49,750 bases of DNA from Anthoceros angustus (Eukaryota > Plantae > Anthocerotophyta). Location: assembly GCA_010909165.1 (NCBI GenBank), contig MU008240.1:1-49750 (forward strand), written 5' to 3'. The number at the start of each line of letters is the position of its first letter. The first letter of the stretch is position 1. The notes under the pieces were generated by a model, which saw only the letters and a program-made list of their open reading frames with translations, was not told the origin of the DNA and made no database searches. A program made the translations under genes and the position numbers. Below are positions 12,111-23,959 of this stretch, piece by piece.

Positions 12111-15100
12111 GAATGGTTACCATCCGGCCGGTGGGAGAGGCGATCGGGGCTCCCGAGATGCACCCCAGCGGCCACACTTATCCCAATCGCTGCTTTCAGA
12201 CGCTTTGGTTTGTCCCATGAGACTTGGGGAACATAATCTTGAGAACCACACCACCAGCCACACACTACCTCAGCCTTCTAAACAAGCAAGGCGCCTCTCA
12301 CGCTCCTCTGCAGCTACACCGCGCTTCAGAACTCACCAAACCTCAACCTACAACGACACCACACAATTGCGTTACGTCAAAGAAGGTGTCTATCACGGCG
12401 CTGTGGGACCCCGACCCACACCGCAACCGTCCCTACTCCTAAGACACTCTTCTCCACACGGAGCGCCCTCTTACTTGCATTTGGGATTCGTCCCTTAGGC
12501 TCGCCTGTGGCCTCCGCTTTTCCTACACTCTAATCCTCCTCACAACTCTCTCAATCAACAACGCCTCTTCTTCTCTACTCATCTACCCTTCCTTCCTCCA
12601 CAATCTCCTACTCTAACACCAATTGCTGGCTCATTAATTCCAACTCGCCCTTACGGCACAATCGCTGGGGTCCGTCCGGAAATTAACGAGTTCTTCCTTG
12701 GGCGGTTGCTATGTGGTTTGCACCATGAGAACCTCCGAGTCTTCCCAGTCTACCCTCAAGCCGAGAGTTCCTTGAGCATCGCCACACACTCAAAGCAAAA
12801 CAATTCACCGGCAACCATTCACAAGGGGAGCTAGGGGCGCTGCAAGAGCAAGCCCTCCACCGACTGACCGCCGCGTTCTCTACCAGAGACCTGCGTTGCG
12901 CCGCACGAAATTCTGCACACAAAGTGAAGGACTCGGGAGGATGGGAGCGCAAGACACGATAATTTTACTTCAAGCTCCCTCCTTTTATAGGGAGGTCCTC
13001 ATCTGACCTCCCACGCGCCCTCACAGCCTTGCCTCCTCCTTATTTTAGTGTATCCTATTGTCGACTTTAAGTTCGACATCCAAGCATCTTGGGTAAAATT
13101 CTATTCTAGCAAAATTCACCTATGTGAGCCTTAATGGCTCTGCCAACATTCCTATCTAGCTAGTCAACACACTCTCTTGGGTGACAAGCATTAATGCCTC
13201 CTCCTCTAAAGAAAAGTCTTCCCAAGTGGCATCTTGCCCCATGTCTTCAAGCTAATTTAAGGACTTCTTATGAATCCCTTCCTTATCTTGATGCCTATCT
13301 TGAGTTCCTTCCTCCAATAAAATAGCCCGGCTCTCTTAGCCAGCTCATCCTCGCCTTCTCCTCTTCCTCTCACTTGTGGAGCAAGTGAGCCCTTGCTCTG
13401 CACCCATGTTAGGAGGTTGGTCTTCTCCTTGTGATTCTTGCTCCATTCGCAAGATCAACCCCTCTTCCTTCTTTCTGCAAGGGCCAAGGTACTCGCCTCC
13501 TTGCCGTCAAATCCATGCTAGCAGCCTTTGAATCCGCTTCTTCCGGCCTCCTACCATGGTAGGACCTTCTCCTACTAGGAGTCCCCACCAGTAGGAACTC
13601 CTCCTACCACGGTAGGAGTTCCTACCGTGCTTCTTCCTTACCCCTTCTCCGGGTGATTCTCTCCACTGTCTGCTTCCCCGCTTTCGCTTCTCACTGGCGA
13701 GTTTCTCACCCTGTTGCTTGGACACTCTCCAAGTCTAAGGCTTCCGGTTGGACATGCATGAGGGCCTCCCATGGTCATGAGGTCCCAACATCCTCCTCAG
13801 CAAGTCGCAACAACTCGTTAGTGGCCTTGAGCACCTTGTTGTGAAGATGGGCTGCAAATCGTTGTTGTGCCATCTCCAATTCTTAAATCCTCAAGCCATA
13901 CTCCATGCTCACACTTGCTTTTGTAAGCATCTCGCTCAAGGCCAGCTCACCGGTCTTGACATGGAGAGCCACATTCTCCGTCCTCTCATTCTCGGTTGGC
14001 GGATCAATCTCTCTTGTAGGGCATAATCACCAAATCTCCTCCCTCACCGCCAACATATGCTGCACCGCCTCATGACGGCCTTTCTCCTTTGCCATTTCTT
14101 CCTCCAACTCCCCTATCCTCCTAGGGAGTTGTGCATTCTGTTCTGGACTTCTCGTTCCATTTCCAATCTTTGGACAAAATGTGTCCGTTCTTCCAGCTCT
14201 TCTTCCTTCAATTCCAGCCTCCGATTTCTCAGCTCCTTTTCCATGTCACTAATCTTCACGGCTGTGTGGCTATGACCACGCTCATGTCGCCTACTTGCCT
14301 TTGTCTTTGTCCTCATTTCTTTGATTGCTCTCGTCTTGACCTTTCCTCCATTAGCGCACTTGCTTGTCTTAGCCTTCTTTTCCCATGCGCCATGTGAGCA
14401 AGTTGCTCCACCTTCTCTCCTCTCGGCCAATTGCTTGGTAAGAGCCTTGTTCTCCGAATAGTTGTTTGCCTGTAGCCTTGTTTCAAGACTCTTTTCCAAG
14501 TGCTCACTTGAGCCTCCATCCTCATAACATCCTCACCCTTTGGGTTTCCGCTTGCCTACGCAATTTCCCTTGCTTGGTAGGTCCTTGTCTTCTCCGCCTC
14601 CGTCTTCAATTCCACTCTCCTCTTGGCGGCTCCTACATCTACCTTCTTGAACATCTCCCCTATGCGCAGCATCTCCTCCAACATGTCTAAGTCTCCTTTC
14701 TTTGCCTCAGGAGACTCAAGGCCTTTGCCTTGTTCATGGGATCTTACATCCCTTGCTTCCCTATGATGGGCTCCCGCTCATCACTCGGTGGGGCAACTCC
14801 TCCCAAGTGACTCCATCCGCTCGCCCACCTAGCAGGGCCGATTGCCTTCTTATCTCCCGGCAGGAGCTTCCAAACCGTGACTTCCTTTCCCTCCTACCGT
14901 GGTAGGAGGTGCTCCAGTGGACTACTTCCCTACGTGGTAGGACTAATTCTGCCTGTAGGCCTTGTCATGAGAGGCGAAGGGGTCCCAAAGCCATGGGAAC
15001 ACCTCCCACCCTCGCAGATTCACCATGGTAGGATCTATCCTACCTTCCATCTCCGCATCCTCCAGCGGTCCAAACTTCAAATCCCCTACAACTTCTCCTT

Positions 15101-16184
15101 GCAAGTCCTCCTGCCCATCCTCGGCCTATCTTTGGAGGATTCCTTCCGGCAATAATGTCCCGGTGGTCTTCGGCACCTCCTTTACCTCAAGCACCAAGCA
15201 CTCCTTGTCCCTCTCCACATAAGTACACAGTTAAAGGGATGCTTGGAATCATCCAACTCCTTACTTGTGGTAGCCCCTCTACTTCCCACAAATGCACTAG
15301 ATAAGTGCTAAGATAGCATGGCCTTGGTGTCTTCATCCGCGTTGGGTTTGACAACTTCTCCGGTGGTAGGTGTATGCTTCATGATGAGCCCCAATCGGCC
15401 CGCTCCTTGGTGATCTTCCATAGAAAATGGAGGAAGGTAGTGCTGAAATATGACACTTGGATTGCTCACCAAGCCCAAAACAATTCTTGTGAACAATCTC
15501 ACTTGGGCTCAAGATTTGGTCCGTCCGCCAACCATTCTTAGACTTAGCCTTCATGCCTCCTTGCATAAGGTAAGGGCTCCCTTGTGTGGTGTGGATTGTG
15601 TCCGAGGGGCACCGGTCCACATTCACCCTCAATGTCGTTGTAGGCTTAGGATTCGCTCCCAAGGGAATGGTTTGTGCCAAGAGGCTAACTTCTATCGCTC
15701 GACCTTCACCTAAGTCAAGACTTACGCTATTACTCCTCTTACCTATCTACTCAACCACTACTACCCCCCGACTTGTCCTACCACGGCTCTTATTCCACGA
15801 CCGCAAATCTCATTCCACGACCGGGGCTCTCAGGGTAGTTGCTTGACCACCGAGGTGGGTCCACACCCAAACCCTAGCGACTTATTCGGCGCCGCAGCGC
15901 GCGGATCACCGCAGGCGTCCGCGTACTGCGGATCGGCCTGCACTCCACACTTCATGCACACACACACCGATTCCTAGGGACCTAAATTCCACAAATCTCC
16001 TCACGCTCCACACACACACAAGGCGCCACACTCACACAACTTTACAAGGGCTTTCCCCTTACTTCCACCTGACGGTTTGGTTTCTTTTGGATTCACACAA
16101 ATCTCCCTGCTAGCCTCTCAATTAGTTCCCTTCTCAACTCTCTCTCACACCTCGCGCCAGCGTCTGTTTAGTCACTCCTTCACC

Positions 16185-16190
<6 letters not shown>

Positions 16191-16218
<28 letters not shown>
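16191..16218. repeat. (TC)14 microsatellite
   Basis: Direct reading. Confidence 0.95.
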
Positions 16219-16221
<3 letters not shown>

Positions 16222-16552
16222 TCGCCTGGGCTTCCAACCATCCACTCAACACTTCTCTCTCAATTTGAACACAACTAGGGGACAAGTGTGAAGGAAAGAA
16301 AACCCAGGCGATTAGTCACATTGTCCCATCCTTGTCGTTCACCAAGAGTCGTATTTTCCCTTGTAATGCTCCTTCCGTTGCTCCATGGCAACTAACTTCT
16401 TCGTAGGAGGTCCTTCTCGTCTTCAAGGTCCCACGGGCCTTGCCAGAATCTTGCCTCCTCCTTGCTCGATGTGTCCTACCCTTGCTAGGTAGCTTCCAAC
16501 TTTCTTACGCCTCCTTCTGGCCAACTCGGCCCTCTTGGCTGATTTTGCCTCT

Positions 16553-18006
16553 GTCCTAAGATGGCTATCGGAAGGCGCCCACAATTGGGCGATCCTAGGT
16601 CGATGACATCCTAACCAAATTATCTTTAGGTTGCTACCACCTCACCTCGCTGCTCTGCGCGCCCTACCTCGGCTGCAGCCTCGTCCTCCATTCGCCGAGC
16701 TCTCTCACCTTGCCGGGTCGGAGTTCTCCACACTACTTCCACCTCATCGCTGCTGGAATTTGAGGTGTACCACCTTACAGGGCTTCGCATCTTCGGCCTA
16801 TTCTTGAGGATTATTCGGCTCCTCGTCCACCCAAGCTGGACCTCCTCCTCGCTCAACTCCTCCAAAGTCGCCTCCACCGCATAGCCAACCCCCACGCGTG
16901 GTAGAAGTATGCCGGGTCCTCACTTGCGATGGTAGGCCACGATCCCTCCTATTTCCACACATTCACCAACTTGGTGGTCATCTGTCGCGCTCTTTGGCGG
17001 ATCTAGCACGGAGTGTTGCTTCTGAGGTGGTTTTGAGCTCCTCTCAATTTCTTCTCGGCATCCTCCGGCTCCTTTCGTAGGTCTCGAGTTCGGCCACGAA
17101 CTTGGTCACCTCCGACACGGTCCACTAGGGCGTCCATAGATCCTGCGCCCACTTCCTTCGGCCAACTACCCTCAGAGGATGCCGGTTCTCAACACTTCCC
17201 TCGCTCCTCCCGTTGGTGCGTGGTCACCAGCTCCTCGGCGTTCTTCTCCACGCCTCTTGTTACTACTTCTTGGTAGGAGGTAAAGCTCCTACCGTAGGTC
17301 CTCCGTCCTCCACAGGTCCTCTGTAGAGGTTCACTCCCTACCAGGTGTTGTCGGCCTTCCAATCCTCAACCCCTCCGGTAGGTGGTCTCGTATCCTTCCT
17401 CCTCCTTTGTCGGCAAGATTGCTTTCACCCCTCCTCCCGTGCGGAGCAAGCTCTCGACCACCCCTAGGGCGTCTCGCGCACCTCTCAATCGGACGTCTCC
17501 AACCAGCCACACGCGTGGGGATCTCAACCGGGAGTGCTCGGCGTGAGGGACCTAGTCGCCCCTCTTATACATCGGTGGGCACCACCCCCGGATTTTAGGT
17601 CCTAAGATGGCTATCGGAAGGCGCCCACAATTGGGCGATCCTAGGTCGATGACATCCTAACCAAATTATCTTTAGGTTGCTACCACCTCACCTCGCTGCT
17701 CTGCGCGCCCTACCTCGGCTGCAGCCTCGTCCTCCATTCGCCGAGCTCTCTCACCTTGCCGGGTCGGAGTTCTCCACACTACTTCCACCTCATCGCTGCT
17801 GGAATTTGAGGTGTACCACCTTACAGGGCTTCGCATCTTCGGCCTATTCTTGAGGATTATTCGGCTCCTCGTCCACCCAAGCTGGACCTCCTCCTCGCTC
17901 AACTCCTCCAAAGTCGCCTCCACCGCATAGCCAACCCCCACGCGTGGTAGAAGTATGCCGGGTCCTCACTTGCGATGGTAGGCCACGATCCCTCCTATTT
18001 CCACAC
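16553..18006 (+). repeat. 408-bp identical direct duplication (16553-16960 = 17599-18006)
   Basis: Offset 1046 bp; identical ORFs 16626-16895 and 17672-17941; flanks differ immediately. Confidence 0.95.
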
Positions 18007-18448
18007 GCACATGGGCGGTGAGGTTAAGCCGCGTTCTCCATTCACATATAGACCGGACAGTTTCCTCATCCATGTGCCGTAATAATAGGACCCCTACTGC
18101 GGTGAGGTGCTTACCCCTCCTCCGTAGGCTACAGTTGCAGCCTATGTCCTCGCGGGCGCCACGTCGCATCCGCGCCCGCCACCGCACCTTGGGTTGGTTG
18201 CGCCAATGTCGGTGGCGGTTTCGACTACGCGTAGTGGACTCCGGCCGTCGTTCAAACAACCGGTGAGGTTCGGCTACCTCGGTTCTTTGCTTCCCCTTCG
18301 GTGGGCCCTTCCGCTACCGATCGTGGTCACGCTACCTTCCCCTTCCCTTTCTCTTGTTGGGTTCTCGATCCACGAGGCCTCATGTTGGTTCATGGGCGTG
18401 GCGGTCTCTTGCCCGGGGCCTCTCCTCTCTTCATCCTCCAGGGGCGAT

Positions 18449-18449
18449 N
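18449..18449. other. Assembly gap/ambiguous base (N)
   Basis: Single n; the sequence type changes abruptly across it. Confidence 0.9.
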
Positions 18450-18904
18450 AGATCGGCGTAATGCGCTAGAACTACTACCTCGATCTGCTAATTTCTATAG
18501 AAAGCGGGAAAAAAAATACAAAACATTTTCTTGATGTATATATTGTGTTCTTGATTTAATTAGTATTTCTAATCAAGAAACAACAAAACATATACAAAAT
18601 GCACATTTCAGATCGCAATTTTATGTGCATCACCTAGGATGCAACCTACATCGAAATGCTCGATACCATAACAAATGTAAGGTTGATGTAGATCAATTAC
18701 CATTTAGTAATTACATATTTCATTGAGTATCAAGAAAAGAACTTAAATGCTTATCTTTGAAAAGACACTATCTAGAACTTAAAAGACATAAGCATTGGTA
18801 AGGGTCGTAACCCTATTGAGCGGGTACTTCTAATATATTTATTTCAGCTACCCTTATAATAGCATATATAATTAATCTGACCTAATTCACGGATATGCTC
18901 AACA
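18450..18904 (-). mobile_element. Copia 5' LTR (18669-18904), PBS (18658-18668) and start of leader; same family as elements C and D
   Basis: Minus strand TGTTGAGC...TAATTGATCTACAT...TTGTTA then TGGTATCGAGC; shares TAGGGTTACG, GTCTTTTCA, TTCTTGAT, TAATTGATCTACAT and leader TGTAGGTTGCAT with 39301-39600. Truncated at the N. Confidence 0.75.
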
Positions 18905-19379
18905 CTATCCTTTAACATGATTGATTGGGTATTTGATGGCGAGATCATGGGCGTCATTGCGCAGTCGGGCAAGGTATGGATTTCACAAACAACGGTGATT
19001 TCAAAGAAGCGTGCGGCGTCCATTAAATCGAGGCAGGCGAGATCAATACAATCAAAGTTTCCTAATCTCCCGCTAGGAAGGCTATATGTTAAACCCACGA
19101 GATAAAAGCGGCCGGTGTCGAAGATGACAATGGATGTCATGTGACAATCCAACTTGAAACACAACGATGTTCAAGCTGCTTTCACGAGATAGGCACTAAC
19201 ACCGCCTTTCGGTACACACATGTAGCGATGACTTTCTCCAATTTTATCCTTGACCACGGTAAGTACACTGGACATGTCGGTGCTCCTTTGCCCTCCATAC
19301 CATTGCTCCAACCCGTTAGTGGAATCCGGTGTTGATCAACACGTTACCAGCGATGTCACGAGTTTGCACCGACTCCGCC

Positions 19380-19700
19380 TCAACCGAGAAATTCCTTAAG
19401 GACCAATGAAGCGAGGGGATCACTCCAGGCGTGCTTGAAAGGAACTTTCCCATGTTGTGATTGCCACAGCTGCGGTCAACTTCCAATTTCCATCGCCCAT
19501 GTGGAATTCTCGTTTGATGGTCGGTACATCGGGAGGTGAGGTCTCCATCGCATGCAAATATTCGAGGCGGTGGCAAGCCACTTCCAAGCGATTTGCGGTC
19601 GCGGCTCATGGTGTCTGAGACATGAGCGATGGCGGTCCAATCTTCCTCCACTCCCGCCCGACATTGGGCGGAGATGCAAGGTTTATGCATAGAACGTCCG
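19380..19700 (-). mobile_element. Ty3/Gypsy integrase C-terminal (GPY/F) remnant
   Basis: KREFHMGD and SPRFIGP in shifted frames. Confidence 0.5.
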
Positions 19701-20224
19701 GTGCCACCGACCCTCCCACTAATGTAGAGGGGTGACCATGACGTGGACACCACCAACACATGTGGACTTTCCATTGCTGCTTGCATTTTTGTTGTCCATA
19801 CAAAGTTGCCCGATTTTCAACACGCGTTATAGGCAATGCACCCAATGGTTAGCCAAACTATATGAGAGATGAGGACATACAAAACACGGAAAATGTATCC
19901 CTCTATGATTTGTCTTAGGTCTGGGTGGTTTTTTTAATGAAATCAAGAAAACATGGTTTTGGTAGCTTTCAGTATACCTTTCGACCCAGTACACCCTTCC
20001 AACTAGTGACCGGTGAGCCACCATCCCAGGAGACCTTGTTCTAAGTGTTACCTTCCTTAGTTTTAGCTCACATTTATGCAACCATCCAATTCGCCACTAA
20101 GGGCCATCCTCGAGCTAGGACGACCTTTTCCGTCGCACGAGGTAAGCACCTAATTCATATAAGCACTTCCTCAATTAACAACCAAGCAAACAAACTGACA
20201 CGTGAGTACGTGTAGTGCAACTAA

Positions 20225-20829
20225 TAACAACAGGAGGAGTAGCTCGCACGCTGGCACAAACACACCTCCAACAACAACACGCAAATTCCTCACACATCGC
20301 CTGAGTCATAGCTGGCCTCCTCACACACGCCTCAGACAGAGATCTGAGGACAAGCTATGATCCGAGCTTGTCTCAATGGAAGGGTCTATATATACTAGAC
20401 CGCATCGGCATATTCCTAAGATATCCTATTGGCATCAAAGATATGCCTAAATATCCTAAGAATACACTATAATATGCAAGGAATACGCCAAGCATATTAC
20501 TGCCAGCATATTATCGAGCTTATCCACTTAGCTATTGTATCCTAAGAATACACTATAATATGCATGCCAAAGCATATTACTCGAGCTTATCCACTTAGCT
20601 ATTGCTAACTATGTTAATTAACACTAATCAATGCTTAATTAGCATAAGCTACATGTTTAATTAACACTAATCAATGCTTAATTAACATAAGCACATTAGA
20701 TTAATTAACACTAATCAATGCTTAATTAACATAAGCACTTAGATTAATTAACACTAATTACTTACTTAAAGATAAGTAATTAGATTAATTAATGCTAATC
20801 AAACACTAAACCCAAGTGCGATTAGTATC
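20225..20829 (-). mobile_element. LTR 'Y' copy 1 (probably a solo LTR, flanked by ACTAA)
   Basis: Highly similar to 27994-28584; ACTAA at 20220-20224 and 20830-20834; TATA-like TATATATAG; internal ~70-bp and ~42-bp AT-rich tandem subrepeats. Confidence 0.75.
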
Positions 20830-20933
20830 ACTAAGATGACATGCCGCAGGTAAGCACTTGAATTCATATAAGCACTTCCTCGACCAACAACCAAGCAAAC
20901 AAATCTAATACGCAGTATATAGGTGCAAACCAA

Positions 20934-20942
20934 TCCCCCCCT
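20934..20942 (-). promoter_or_regulatory. Polypurine tract of the DNMT/PHD Gypsy
   Basis: AGGGGGGGA followed by T-TGGTTTGCAC (probable 3' LTR start at 20932). Confidence 0.75.
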
Positions 20943-21001
20943 GATAATGTGAGACTCCAAGTCAAAACATTATCATTAGTAGGACTACATACGTACGCAC
21001 C

Positions 21002-21150
21002 TCATGTAGTGCATTGTGCACAAAACCAATCTTCCTCGGGAATGTCGTCAAGAGGTGGTTGAACACAAAACATGTGGTATCCCCTATTGCACCGATCACA
21101 AAGAAGCATTACATCATCATCATCGACGTCCACAAAACCCGACACTCCAA
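21002..21150 (-). pseudogene. PHD finger at the C-terminus of the integrase
   Basis: Not in the ORF track. Minus strand: LECRV(C, after indel)..VDDDDVMLLCDRCNRGYHMFCVQPPLDDIPEEDWFCAQCTT* = C4HC3; stop TGA at 21002-21004. Confidence 0.93.
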
Positions 21151-21299
21151 GTCTTTGGGTGGACGCCACATATCAGTAGTTGAGGGTCCAAATTGGGTAA
21201 GTGGCATGTGCGCAGTTCTTGAGGTGATCCTTCCATCTTCGGCCATCGGATCCTTCGAGCTCAAGCACTCCATCTTTGCCTACTCGCACGACCCGCAAG

Positions 21300-22350
21300 A
21301 TGACTCACGGTGGATACCTCCAAGGTGTTGCTCGCTTCCGGCGGTAGACATAATCTCCAACTTCGAACTTGCGCACCTTGGGTTTCCATGTCCCTCCTCG
21401 TGTAAGCATAGCGCAGCTTGATCCTGTGTTGCGCTATGGCAAGGTTCTCCATTGCCATGGGCATGATCCGTTTGAAAAGCTCCCGCCTTTCGGTCTAGGC
21501 AATCATCCGCGCGCCAATCCACGTGCTTGTAGCCTTGCTTGCCTCACGTTTGGCAAAATGGTTGTCGCCCATACAACAAGTAGTATGGTGAAAAATTGCT
21601 CAAGGCTTGATTGCTCACCCCGCACTAGCACTAGGTATGGCATCCCTTCATCCCATGTCTTGGTCATTTGTGAGACAATATTTGCGCAAGGCCCGCTTGA
21701 AGGTCCGCAAGCGCTCAGAAGTCCATCGGCTTGAGGATGATCTCGACGACGTCGATGATCAATCAAGCTCTGTCAAGCAAGTCTTGAAATTCCCACGAAT
21801 TCTTTGCCCGGTGAGAACCTCGCACATGCTCCATATCGACTAAGAACGGAAGCCAAGAACGCCTTGGTAAGCCGAGAGTCACGCTTGGGTAAGATGGCAA
21901 CCTCGCACCACTTGAAATGCTCCACCATTAGCATGACATGCTTGTTTCGACGGCCTCGCATGTCCGGCATGAGATCCACACTCCACTGTAGAAGAGTCCT
22001 CGGATCGGCAGAGAGTGAAGCACAACATCATTGGTGTGAACCTTGCCTTCACTCGATCGCACTCTACATTCTGCGACCAGCCTTTCCACATCTCCATACA
22101 TCCTTGCCCAGAAGTGTGTGGGCCTGAGCATGCTGTAGGTGCGCTTAGCACCAAAATGCCCTAAGCCTTCATGCACCTGGGTGATGAGTCTCACCCGGTC
22201 CTCCGGCTTGGGTACAATTCTATCTCCCGCAGAATCACGGACATACATTATGTCCTCCTTCCAATAGTACCGAGCCACCTTCTCGCGTAGCTTGGCCTGC
22301 TTCTGAGATGAAAGCCCTTGTGGCAATTCCCCAGACCTTAGGAAGGTCAC
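21300..22350 (-). pseudogene. Gypsy integrase (H2C2 zinc-binding domain and core)
   Basis: IVPKPEDRVRLITQVHEGLGHFGAKRTY...W..MYGDVERLVAECRV; LPIRGLFY; VLMMVEHFKWCEVA; LSRYGAC; WDEGMPYL; MAMENLAIAQHR. Confidence 0.92.
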
Positions 22351-22559
22351 CGCTATTGCATCCGCCCAGATGTCCCTGACGGACTACAAAGCGATGAGTG
22401 GAGGCTCTTGATCCTCATGCGATGGCCAACATGGTATCTCGGACTACTCTCCCCGGCTGGTTCGTCATCCGAATCTTGCCCGGCCCCGTAGTGTCTTCGA
22501 CGGTAGAGAGGATTCCTTGACAACCCATCGATTAGAGTGAACTCTACCGCCGGTGTTCG

Positions 22560-22940
22560 ATGACAAAGTCATACTCGGAGAATGAGAGCCCACCGCCGCC
22601 TTTCCTGTAAGCTTGGCGCCATCAACCAATGCAAGGGTTGATGGTCGGTGATTAGTCGAAATTGATGTCCAAACAAGTACGGACGAAAGTGTCCGACGCC
22701 CACACGCAAGACATTCTCCTTCATAGGCGAGTAGTTGGACTCACTGGTTGTTGCTCCGACCGCATAGGCAATGACATGTTCCTCTTCCTTGTCATTGATC
22801 TGCGCCAAGATCGCCTATGCGCCGATTTGCTCCAATCGAAAGTACGAACGGCCATCAAGTTTGGATGACCAAGAATTGGCGAGCTCATGAGTCTACCCTT
22901 CAACTCCATGAAAGCGACTCCTCTTGAGTCCAACGCCAAG
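22560..22940 (-). pseudogene. Gypsy RNase H
   Basis: AFMELKGRLMSSPILGHP, EEHVIAYA, ESNYS, HFRPYLFGHQFRLITDHQPLHWLM. Confidence 0.92.
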
Positions 22941-23049
22941 TCACCAACTTCTTCAACAAGTCATTCAATGGCCGCAATCTCGCTCATCCGTGGAATGAAC
23001 TTCTAGTAACCGCCAAACCCAAGAATGCCCTCAACTCGAGATGTCGTTT

Positions 23050-23700
23050 GGCTCGAATGCGCGATTGCCTCCACCTTGGTGGCATGCGGCGAGATCCACG
23101 CGTGATCCAATGACCCAAGTACAACACCTTATCCTCTCAAATCGACACTTCTGGATGGGCCTTCAACCCAAGCCAGCCTAGCAAAGACTTTCAAGATGTT
23201 GTAGATGCTCCTCAAAGGTATTGCTGAAGATGATGACGTCATCAATGTAGCACTTGGCGAAATGCAAGTCCTTGAGCTCATTGTCCATGTACCTTTGAAC
23301 TGCGTTGGCGTCTTCAACCCAAATGGCATGTAATTCCACTCGTACAAGCAATCTCCCAACGCCGCTTTTGTCTTCTTGGCGATCTCTACTTGGTGAAACC
23401 CTAGCCTCAAGTCCAATGTTGAGAAGAACTTGTGACCCAATGGTGTCGAAGATCTCTTACCGTCGGCATGGGATAGTGGTCATGTGGGATTCTGCTCAAC
23501 GGCCGATAGTCACCACACATTCTCCTCTCCGTCCACAATCCATTCTCATCCTTCTTTTCGAAGAATCGCCGCATGCGTCATGCGAGTTAGATCGTCGAAT
23601 CACCCTAGCTTGAGAAGCTCTTGGCATCGATTCTCAACCAAATCCCACTCATTTTGCCGAGCCTGCGCCTGAACACCGGGTTCATCTGTCTATGTGGAAC
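23050..23700 (-). pseudogene. Gypsy reverse transcriptase
   Basis: KFFSTLDLRLGFHQV, YEWNYMPFGLK, CYIDDVIIFS (YIDD at 23238-23249). Confidence 0.95.
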
Positions 23701-23959
23701 TTCCCTTTGGTGTACTTCCCCATCTCCGCAAGCGTGAAAGCAAACACATGTCGCGATGCCTCCAACAACTCCTTTAGCCGACGCCGCTGATTGCTCTTCA
23801 ACTCGACGTTAACCACTCATGTGGTGTGGCTCGATGGCTTGCACGCTTCCTCACGTGCTCGCTCTCCTTGCCTCCAAACTCGCCTTCTCCGCTGAGATGC
23901 GATAATGTCCTTCACCCACCGAACCCGCCGCTCAACCCCGCCTTCGGTTTCGGTTGGTT

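Larger units (their letters stand above)
12110..18440 (-). mobile_element. Nested, decayed Ty3/Gypsy-like gag/accessory/LTR fragments
   Basis: LTR-like segment ~12960-13185 (starts TGTCAC after a purine tract, contains CTATAAAAG); gag-like KTGEL..SE...EYGLRI (~13890-13960); coiled-coil ORFs 14113-14499 and 16626-16895; CCTACC/GGTAGG palindromes at 13549-13630, 14890-15045, 17270-17385. Confidence 0.5.

Noticed and set aside
13183-13240. QDATWED as a chromodomain
   Set aside because: No upstream aromatic chromodomain residues; better explained as PPT/LTR-start sequence.
20560-20800. AT-rich ~42-bp repeats as a CRISPR-like array
   Set aside because: Adjacent repeats lack unique spacers; they are LTR U3 subrepeats in eukaryotic DNA.
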